Assembly: GCA_051382305.1 (NCBI GenBank) | Contig: JBBCAV010000201.1 | Location: forward strand, 1 to 11,179 | Origin: Bdellovibrionota bacterium FG-2 | Lineage (GTDB): Bacteria > Bdellovibrionota > UBA1018 | Length of the DNA stretch: 11,179 nucleotides | Direction of reading: 5' to 3' | Part shown: one piece after another, positions 1-6,005 of the stretch | Layout: the number at the start of each line of letters is the position of its first letter | Position numbering within the stretch: position 1 is the stretch's first letter | Translations under genes and position numbers: made by a program | Notes under the pieces: model-generated | Told to the model about the DNA's origin: nothing | The model's input: the letters and a program-made list of their open reading frames with translations, nothing else | Database searches by the model: none

Positions 1-18
1 TTGGTTTACGTGATACCG

Positions 19-246
19 CTATTGTGCGGCCAACACACTGCGGATAAAATCGATATCGCGCTCAGCAATGTTTCCCACCAGGAGATGATCACGAAAATCG
101 CAAATGAGATCCCACCGACCCTGCGCCAATTGCGCCGCCGCCTGCTCAATCCTACTTGGAAAAGGGTACCAAAAACCGGGAATCCAAAGCGCTTCACGGC
201 GGGCTGAATTTCTACGCCCTAGGGTAGGGCTAAAAGGAAACCGCGT
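19..246 (-). pseudogene. Coding-like C-terminal fragment with no ATG, in a different frame downstream of the MBL fragment
   Basis: My translation of the minus frame between TAA (247-249) and TAG (19-21): TRFPFSPTLGRRNSARREALWIPGFWYPFPSRIEQAAAQLAQGRWDLICDFRDHLLVGNIAERDIDFIRSVLAAQ*. The last ~45 codons are G-first rich and protein-like. ORF 1..207(+) is its in-register antisense shadow. Confidence 0.35.
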
Positions 247-475
247 TTAAACGGCTTATCCCCGCGTGGTCGGCATGGCGGTGGGTGAGGAGAATTGCTG
301 TGAGGTCGCCTGGAGCTCGAACACCGGCGTTCCAGAGGCTCAGGCGTAGGATGGGGCGCTCCAGGACATAGCCCGTGTCGATGAGGAACTTTCGGTCCAT
401 CGAGTCTTCGAGCAGCCAAACATTCGAAATAACAGCACGGGTCGCAAGTCGCAGATGCGGTGCTACCTTTTTCAT
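230..475 (-). pseudogene. Truncated metallo-beta-lactamase (MBL)-fold hydrolase, N-terminal fragment
   Basis: Translation has the MBL N-terminal pattern SNVWLL..FLIDTG..ILLTHRHADHAG (HxHxDH metal-binding motif). It stops at TAG about 10 codons after the motif (81 aa, whereas the fold typically needs over 200 aa), so the downstream His/Asp/His ligands are absent. Confidence 0.8.
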
Positions 476-512
476 GAGGTCCAGAGATACATTTCCTAAA
501 CCATTACGAAAT

Positions 513-540
513 TTGTCTATAACAAACTTTGTGCTAGAGT
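513..540 (+). promoter_or_regulatory. Putative sigma70 promoter for map (-35 TTGTCT, 16 nt spacer, extended -10 TG-C-TAGAGT)
   Basis: TTGTCT at 513-518 and TAGAGT at 535-540 preceded by TGn. The ATG is at 547, 7 nt downstream, with no Shine-Dalgarno. Confidence 0.45.
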
Positions 541-546
541 TTTTAC

Positions 547-1311
547 ATGGTCACAATCAAATCTGCACGCGAAATTGAAGCCATGCGAAAAGTTGGGGCG
601 CTCGCCGCCGAGTGCCTCTCCGCGATGTTAAAGTTGGTGAAGCCTGGAGTCTCCCCGCTCACGCTTGATCGCGCTTGCAGTGAATGGACCTTGGCGCGTG
701 GAGCGATTCCCGCGCCTTTGAACTATCATGGCTTTCCTGGCAATTTGTGCATCTCGGTGAACGATGTCGTTTGTCATGGGATTCCGAACAAGCGGGCCTT
801 CAAAAAGGGCGACGTCGTGAATCTTGATGTGACCCCGATTCTCGAGGGTTTTCACGGTGACACCAACGCCACGATCGTCGTGGGAGCGGCTCATGAAAGC
901 GAAATTCTCCCTGAGGTTCATCGACTCATTGAAACGGCACGTTTATCCATGTGGGAGGGGATTCGGCAAGTGCGGCCGGGCGCAACGCTTGGCGATCTCG
1001 GACACGCCATTCAAACTTACATCGAAAAAGCTGGCTTTTCGGTGGTGGCTGAATATTGCGGCCATGGCATTGGGCGCGGGTTCCATGAAGATCCTGTCGT
1101 CCCTCATCACGGAAGACCTGGACAGGGCCTCAAGCTTCGCGAAGGGATGACTTTCACGATTGAACCCATGGTGAACATGGGCAAGCGCGAGATTTATGTT
1201 GAGGATGACAATTGGACCGTGCGCACTGCGGATGGTTCGCTCTCCGCGCAATTCGAACATACGATTTTAGTGACCTCCACTGGGTTTGAGGTTTTGACTC
1301 TAGGGGCGTGA
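547..1311 (+). CDS. map: Type I methionine aminopeptidase
   Basis: 254 aa with the MetAP1 signatures: CISVNDVVCHGIP, GDVVNLD, GFHGDT, YCGHGIGRGFHEDP, FTIEPMVN, WTVRTADGSLSAQFEHTI. Confidence 0.98.
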   Translation: MVTIKSAREIEAMRKVGALAAECLSAMLKLVKPGVSPLTLDRACSEWTLARGAIPAPLNYHGFPGNLCISVNDVVCHGIPNKRAFKKGDVVNLDVTPILEGFHGDTNATIVVGAAHESEILPEVHRLIETARLSMWEGIRQVRPGATLGDLGHAIQTYIEKAGFSVVAEYCGHGIGRGFHEDPVVPHHGRPGQGLKLREGMTFTIEPMVNMGKREIYVEDDNWTVRTADGSLSAQFEHTILVTSTGFEVLTLGA

Positions 1312-1356
1312 TTTCCAAATCTAAACTTCCACTTCGGTCTATGGACCAGGCGCTAA

Positions 1357-1407
1357 AATAGTGGACGGCTAAAACTGGACAGCTTTTTTTGAATTTTTCG
1401 ATCAACT
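1357..1407 (+). repeat. Left terminal inverted repeat (IRL) of the IS3-family element
   Basis: AATAGTGGACGGCTAAAACTGGACAG versus the reverse complement of the right end, TAAAGTGGATGGCTATAGTTGGACAG. The inner block CGATCAACT (1399-1407) mirrors AGTTGATCG (4673-4681). Confidence 0.8.
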
Positions 1408-1426
1408 ATCGTAGTAGAAGAAAGGG

Positions 1427-1717
1427 ATGGATAGTCGATTGATAAAGGGCAGAATTAGTTCAGAGGTGAAATCCAAGGTGGTTCTTGAGGCTTTGCGGGA
1501 AGTGCAGACGCTCAGTTAAATAGGGTCGCGTTATAAAGTGAGTCCAGCTCAAATATGCAAGTGGAAGAAATTGGCAGTGGGGAGCCTTCAGGAGGCGTTC
1601 TCTGGCAAGGGAAACCGCGATCTTCAGGAGAGAGAAGAGCTGGTGCGAGATTTGTATGAACAAATCGGTCGACAGAATGTCGAGATTGGCTGGTTAAAAA
1701 AAAGGCTGCAAATGTAG
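1427..1717 (+). pseudogene. IS3 transposase OrfA (HTH plus leucine zipper) with an internal nonsense codon
   Basis: My translation: MDSRLIKGRISSEVKSKVVLEALREVQTLS*IGSRYKVSPAQICKWKKLAVGSLQEAFSGKGNRDLQEREELVRDLYEQIGRQNVEIGWLKKRLQM*. This is a typical OrfA pattern (KSKVVLEAL, QI.KWK, LYEQIG...E..WLKK), with TAA at 1517-1519. It is missing from the ORF track because of the stop. Confidence 0.9.
1694..1705 (+). promoter_or_regulatory. Programmed -1 frameshift site (TTA AAA AAA AGG) joining orfA and orfB
   Basis: A8 run at 1696-1703 at the end of orfA. The -1 frame is open from here (KKAANVALSERKTWIDDSHSTLSVSNQCGLLSLPRSSFYY...) into the orfB domain, the canonical IS3 arrangement. Confidence 0.85.
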
Positions 1718-2104
1718 CACTTTCTGAAAGAAAGACGTGGATAGATGATAGTCATTCAACGCTTAGTGTCTCAAACCAGTGTGGGCTTCTGTCGTTGCCG
1801 CGATCTAGTTTTTACTACGTAAAGCGCCCCAGAGACCCTTTTGATCTCACGCTGATGCGATTGATTGATGAGCAATATCTCAAGACGCCGTTCTACGGCT
1901 CCAGGAGGATGAGTGTCGTGCTCAGCAACATGGGCTTTCCTATGGGCAGAGAGAAGGCACAGGCCTTAATGCGCACTATGGGAATTGAAGCGATTTATCC
2001 GAAGCCAAATCTCAGCAAGCGAAACCTAGATCACAAAATTTACCCTTATTTACTGCGAGCTTTGGACATCACACGGGTGAACCAGGTCTGGAGCACTGAC
2101 ATCA
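1702..2104 (+). CDS. IS3 transposase OrfB, 5' exon (HTH-like region through the first catalytic Asp)
   Basis: LPRSSFYY, TPFYGSRRM, LMRTMGIEAIYPKPNLS, HKIYPYLL, NQVWSTDI. The Asp codon GAC is at 2098-2100, and homology ends abruptly at the intron's GTGTG. Confidence 0.9.
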
Positions 2105-2360
2105 GTGTGCCACAGAGCACAAGAAAGGAGCTCAAGATGAGCTGAATGATCTTGTCGAAGCTGCATAGGAGATGGAGGACCTTGGCCCTCCGAGGTCGGT
2201 CTGTAGGGGTCGGCCTCAAACCACCCTAAGCGGCATTGGTCAAAAGCCGTTGTCGTGAACGTTAGGGAAAAGGCGCAGTTTATGCGTCAGGTATGGATCG
2301 AAAAGGCGCACAAAAGTAAACCATCATTCAATTGTCGAAACGCTTTAGACGACATCGGAA

Positions 2361-2382
2361 CCGGGCGTTGATGTTGACCCGG
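2361..2382 (+). ncRNA. Intron domain Id3 hairpin carrying EBS1 (UGAUGUU, 2369-2375)
   Basis: Stem CCGGG/CCCGG. The loop sequence UGAUGUU is complementary to the last 7 nt of the 5' exon, GACATCA (2098-2104), with one G-U pair. Confidence 0.85.
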
Positions 2383-2656
2383 GATAAATCCATCGGGAAC
2401 CTGCTTACTGGGTGGATGGTGTCCGGCATAGAGATGGCGCGAGTTCGATCCGGGCTTCTGTGCGGAACTGTGGGAACCTGCGGCTTGATGCAAAGGGAGA
2501 AGGCCAAGAGATGATCTCTCAAGGCTCAGAGTACCGAAGCAAGTTTGCAGGGGCGGACCAACTTGTTGTAGCGAAGAAGGGCCTGTAATGGGCTTGGAGC
2601 GAAGGGGTTGGGTTATCTAGCTGAATTCGTATGTCAACCAGGAATGGGAGGAGCAA

Positions 2657-3904
2657 GTGAAGACAGCAAAGTCGTTTGAGATTTCCAAGCAACAAGTATG
2701 GGAATCATACCTGTTGGTCAAAAAGAACGGATGGGCCGCGGGAGTAGATGAGGAATCTCTGGAGGATTTTGACAGAGATTTGAAGAATAACCTTTATCGG
2801 ATTTGGAATCGGATGACATCGGGGAGTTATTTTCCTCCTCCGGTGAAAGCAGTTCCGATTCCAAAGAAGTCAGGTGGAAAAAGAATCCTAGGAATACCGA
2901 CGGTCTCGGACAGAATCGCGCAGATGGTGGTGAAGCTTTGCCTGGAGCCTAAACTGGAGCCTCATTTTCATGAGGATTCATATGGGTACAGGCCGAACAA
3001 ATCCGCGCATCAAGCGATTGAAGTCACTCGCAAGCGTTGCTGGTGGCATGACTGGGTGCTGGAGTTTGATATTCGGGAACTCTTTGACAATATCGACCAT
3101 GAGCTTTTAATGAAGGCGGTTCGTACTCACACGGACTGCAAATGGATGCTACTTTACATCGAACGCTGGCTGAAGGCGCCGATGCAGATGGAAAATGAAG
3201 AACTGCTGAAGCGGGAAAAGGGCACCCCTCAAGGGGGCGTCGTTAGTCCACTCCTTGCAAATCTATTCCTCCACTATGCCTTTGATAAGTGGATGGTGAC
3301 CCGTTTTCCGACGCTCCCATTTTGCAGATACGCAGATGACGGACTTGTTCATTGTCGTAGCCTGGAGCAGGCGCAGTTTGTGCGGAAGATGCTCGATGAG
3401 CGATTCCGAAGCTGTGGCTTGGAACTTCATCCCGATAAGACCAAAGTGGCCTACTGCAAGGATATTCATCGACCGAAGGAGCACGAGCACATTCAATTTG
3501 ATTTTCTGGGATACACATTTCGACCCAGGAAATCGAAAGATCGATTCGGACGCATCTTCACGAACTTCGCTCCTGGTATGAGTGGCAAGGCTGCAACAGC
3601 CATTCGTCAGGAGATTCGGAGTTGGAGAATCCAATTGAAGAGCGATAAATCGATTGAGGATCTGGCCAAGATGTTTGCGCCAAAGATTCGTGGATGGGTG
3701 AACTACTACTGTCGGTTCCACAAGTCTGCTTTTCACGGTACTGCCGATCATCTAAATAACGCCATCAAAAGATGGGTTATGAGGAAATACAAGAAGCTGA
3801 AGGATCATCCACGCAAAGCGGGATATTGGGTGGGAGGAGTTGCGCATCGGCAGCCCCATCTGTTCCCACATTGGGGGATTGGTTTTAAGCCGTCGGCTGG
3901 ATAA
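2657..3904 (+). CDS. ltrA: Group II intron reverse transcriptase/maturase (RT plus X domains, no HNH endonuclease)
   Basis: 415 aa, GTG start with GGAGGAG RBS. Motifs: AAGVD, YFPPPVKAVPIPK, RILGIPTVSDRIAQ, SYGYRP, GTPQGGVVSPLLAN, YADD (3329-3340), LELHPDKT, FDFLGY, IRGWVNYY. It ends just before domain V. Confidence 0.97.
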   Translation: MKTAKSFEISKQQVWESYLLVKKNGWAAGVDEESLEDFDRDLKNNLYRIWNRMTSGSYFPPPVKAVPIPKKSGGKRILGIPTVSDRIAQMVVKLCLEPKLEPHFHEDSYGYRPNKSAHQAIEVTRKRCWWHDWVLEFDIRELFDNIDHELLMKAVRTHTDCKWMLLYIERWLKAPMQMENEELLKREKGTPQGGVVSPLLANLFLHYAFDKWMVTRFPTLPFCRYADDGLVHCRSLEQAQFVRKMLDERFRSCGLELHPDKTKVAYCKDIHRPKEHEHIQFDFLGYTFRPRKSKDRFGRIFTNFAPGMSGKAATAIRQEIRSWRIQLKSDKSIEDLAKMFAPKIRGWVNYYCRFHKSAFHGTADHLNNAIKRWVMRKYKKLKDHPRKAGYWVGGVAHRQPHLFPHWGIGFKPSAG

Positions 3905-3907
3905 TGG

Positions 3908-3981
3908 GAGCCGGATGAGTCGAGAGGTTCATGTCCGGTTCTGAGAGGGCCTGGGGGTGCGATTCCCCCGGGCTACTCACC
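3908..3981 (+). ncRNA. Group II intron catalytic domains V and VI
   Basis: DV is GAGCCGGATGAGTC-GAGA-GGTTCATGTCCGGTTC (34 nt, AGC triad, GNRA loop). DVI is GAGGGCCTGGGGG...CCCCCGGGCT-A-CTC with the branch A 7 nt from the 3' end. Confidence 0.95.
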
Positions 3982-4418
3982 CCTATTTACCTTTGGAAGG
4001 CGGCTTCGCGTATCTGGTAGCCGTTATTGATTGGTTTAGTAGATATGTTCTCGCATGGAGAATCAGCTCGACGTTGGAAAATGCATTCTGTATCGAAGCC
4101 CTTGAGGCAGCCCTAAGCACTGGAACCCCTGAAATTTTCAACACCGATCAGGGTTGCCAGTTTACCGCAAAACACTTCACAGACATCCTATTGAGCAACA
4201 ATATCAAAATCAGCATGGACTCAAAAGGACGGGCATTGGACAACATTTTTATAGAGCGCCTCTGGCGCTCCTACAAATACGAGGACCTTTACATCAAAGG
4301 ATACAGGACGATTCCCGAGGTAAAAAGAGGCACTCATGACTACATGAATTTCTATTGCAACGAGCGCCCACATCAACCCCTCAACTACCAAAACCCGTAT
4401 TCGGTCTTCATGACCTAG
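3982..4418 (+). CDS. IS3 transposase OrfB, 3' exon (integrase core with the second D and the E)
   Basis: YLPLEGGFAYLVAVIDWFSRYVLAW, PEIFNTDQGCQFT (Asp 4146-4148), SMDSKGRALDNIFIERLWRS (Glu 4254-4256, D-35-E spacing), ERPHQ. Confidence 0.93.
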
Positions 4419-4672
4419 GATTACTGATTATCAGAAACCCTCACCATTTTCCGGGATGCAATTGCCCTAGGCGGTAAGAGGTCGCCTCGTGTAGGTCATC
4501 CTGGGAGGTCATCTTCAATAATAAATCTGAAAAACTTCTCTCAGACGGAAAAGCCTTGAGCTACATCAAGAGATCCGAGATACTTAAATCTGGAAAAAGA
4601 AAATCTCAAATCCTTTTGATTGACAATCATTAAGAGGAAAGATAATCCAAATCACAGAAGTTACACAATCTC

Positions 4673-4724
4673 AGTTGATCGCAAAAACACTTCTTAAACT
4701 GTCCAACTATAGCCATCCACTTTA
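4673..4724 (-). repeat. Right terminal inverted repeat (IRR) of the IS3-family element
   Basis: CTGTCCAACTATAGCCATCCACTTTA (4699-4724) plus the inner AGTTGATCG (4673-4681), mirroring the left end. Confidence 0.8.
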
Positions 4725-4732
4725 CCTCTGCC

Positions 4733-4975
4733 ATGGAGCTGCCCAATGGAACGATGGTCATCGGATCCGATAGCATGGTCGTCAGTTTTCTAAAGACAAA
4801 GCCCACCGTAGACAAATACACAGTCACGATGGTTCCATGTGGAGAATTACGTGATGAATTACCTGAGGCGCGAGACCCCCGAAAGTTCACAGGCAACGTC
4901 AAGGGCGGGGTGGGCGGCGCGGGGACCTCAAAAGGTAAAGATCATTCAACGGGAGCGGGAAAAGCGCAGGAGTAG
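4733..4975 (+). pseudogene. Short ORF, probably the 3' remnant of a gene truncated at the IS right end
   Basis: 80 aa with a protein-like composition and a Gly/Lys-rich tail. The ATG lies 8 nt from the IRR with no RBS, the frame stays open back into the IRR, and a strong hairpin follows the stop. Confidence 0.45.
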
Positions 4976-4990
4976 GAGCCCCCAAACACA

Positions 4991-5020
4991 GACGCCCCCT
5001 GTGCGAACACAGGAGGCGTC
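4991..5020. terminator. GC-rich hairpin between convergent genes, probable bidirectional terminator
   Basis: GACGCCCCCTGTG-CGAA-CACAGGAGGCGTC (12 of 13 pairs), enclosed by a weaker outer stem GAGCCCCCA...TGGGGATGGCTC. It lies between the stops at 4975(+) and 5047(-). There is no clear U tract. Confidence 0.55.
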
Positions 5021-5046
5021 GATACTTTGACTGTGGGGATGGCTCT

Positions 5047-5811
5047 TTAGAAAGCGCCGCCGACCACAAGCCCGCTGAATTTGTTGGACTCCGGCGAGTC
5101 ATACGAGCCCGGCTTTACGGCATCCGAAAGTTGCGAAATCGATTGAAGCGCGATGTAGCGTTTTTGTCCTGCCCCATTGTCACGGGTCAAACGAAGCTCT
5201 TTTAACATCTCATCTGAGACCAACTCATTGACGCCCGCAATTTGTGCACGAGTTTTTCTGCCAAGAGTTCCATCGAGTCGTGTGGCAGAATCGAGCTGAA
5301 GTCCAAGCCCAACTTCTGTATTGATCTCAAGCCCTGCGCCAAGCGCCGCGGCCTTCCCATGCGCTCCGATACCAACGTAAGGGCCAATTTCGGCTTTAAG
5401 CTTCACTTTGAGCGGATAGGAGGGTTCGCCCGTTGCTTCAAATCCAACCTTATATAAGGTGGCGATTGCATGACCCCTTCCTTTATCACCTACCACAGCC
5501 TGCAAATCAGCGCTGGTTGGAACATAGTAGGCCATGGCGTTGCGAGCGGTGTACTCCTTCAACACTGGAACCTTGTTATCTTCAAGCTGCAATCTAAACC
5601 GTGCCTGATCTAGACCTTCAACCATGATAGAACCCGTAGCCGTTGTCTTGCCATCATTCCCCGTCTTCTCAACGCCCAAGACGCCTTGTCCTGATGCTCC
5701 TACACCTAATTTAGTGTCAACAGACGTTGTCTTAGGGGCGTCGCCCGCGAATCCTAAAACTGGGCTAATCAAAAACGCACCTACAAGGGGCAACCAATAT
5801 AGCTTTTTCAT
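5047..5811 (-). CDS. Secreted hypothetical protein, probable outer-membrane beta-barrel (254 aa)
   Basis: Start at MKKLYWLPLVGAFLISPVLGFA (signal peptide) with AAGGAG/GA-rich RBS. It has many alternating-polarity Gly-rich strands and ends in FSGLVVGGAF, a terminal Phe resembling a beta-signal. Confidence 0.8.
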   Translation of the reverse strand: MKKLYWLPLVGAFLISPVLGFAGDAPKTTSVDTKLGVGASGQGVLGVEKTGNDGKTTATGSIMVEGLDQARFRLQLEDNKVPVLKEYTARNAMAYYVPTSADLQAVVGDKGRGHAIATLYKVGFEATGEPSYPLKVKLKAEIGPYVGIGAHGKAAALGAGLEINTEVGLGLQLDSATRLDGTLGRKTRAQIAGVNELVSDEMLKELRLTRDNGAGQKRYIALQSISQLSDAVKPGSYDSPESNKFSGLVVGGAF

Positions 5812-5840
5812 ATTTTCTCTCTCTCCTTGCGGGCAGTAAA

Positions 5841-5857
5841 AGCAAGGCCGATGCCAA
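5841..5857 (-). promoter_or_regulatory. sigma54 (RpoN) -24/-12 promoter
   Basis: The minus strand reads TTGGCATCGGCCTTGCT = TGGCAT-N5-TTGCT with exact GG-N10-GC spacing. The predicted TSS near 5830 is about 20 nt upstream of the ATG at 5811, and an AT-rich tract lies upstream. Confidence 0.7.
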
Positions 5858-6005
5858 ACTGCATTACTTACTACTTCATTAAAAAGGCATGAACTCAAGA
5901 AACTGAAATTATTGAATTTAATTTGAAGCGTGAAATTAAATACTCCACTACGCGCTCGGTTCCAGACTCGCAAGGAGTGCGCAACCGACCAAGGAACTGA
6001 CAGTT

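Larger units (their letters stand above)
2105..3981 (+). mobile_element. Group II intron, IIB type, RmInt1-like (bacterial class D), 1877 nt
   Basis: 5' end GTGTGC, 3' end CTACTCACC, domain V at 3908-3941, domain VI with a bulged A at 3975, and an RT/maturase ORF. Excision restores the transposase codon A|CC. The class assignment rests on recalled similarity to RmInt1 ends, size and domain content. Confidence 0.95.
1357..4724 (+). mobile_element. IS3-family insertion sequence (about 1491 bp without the intron), interrupted by a group II intron and probably inactive
   Basis: Bounded by inverted repeats 1357-1382 and 4699-4724 (20/26 identity by eye). Contains an HTH orfA, an A8G frameshift window and an rve/DDE orfB split by the intron. 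Confidence 0.9.

Noticed and set aside
1-207. Plus-strand ORF 1..207 as a real gene end
   Set aside because: No recognisable motif, and it is the in-register antisense of a more coding-like minus frame. It cannot be fully excluded at the window edge.
1517-1519. Stop-codon reassignment explaining the TAA in orfA
   Set aside because: Other genes here end normally at TAA, TAG and TGA and have no internal stops, so a point mutation or sequencing error is simpler.
1795-2145. Stand-alone 116-aa ORF (and 3957..4418 as a separate gene)
   Set aside because: These are the two exons of one transposase. The tail SVPQSTRKELKMS and the head MRFPRATHP are translated intron sequence.
2287-2522. Small ORFs inside the 5' part of the intron
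   Set aside because: They overlap the structured ribozyme domains and have no protein motifs.
2657-3904. RT as a retron, DGR, CRISPR-associated or defence RT
   Set aside because: It has RT0 and X/maturase motifs and is flanked by canonical group II intron ends with DV and DVI. No TR/VR pair, msr-msd or cas gene was seen.
5812-5973. N-terminal extensions in the ORF track (5973, 7691 and 11152 starts)
   Set aside because: The downstream ATGs at 5811, 7634 and 10936 have RBSs and begin signal peptides, and the extensions cover promoter-like or intergenic DNA.
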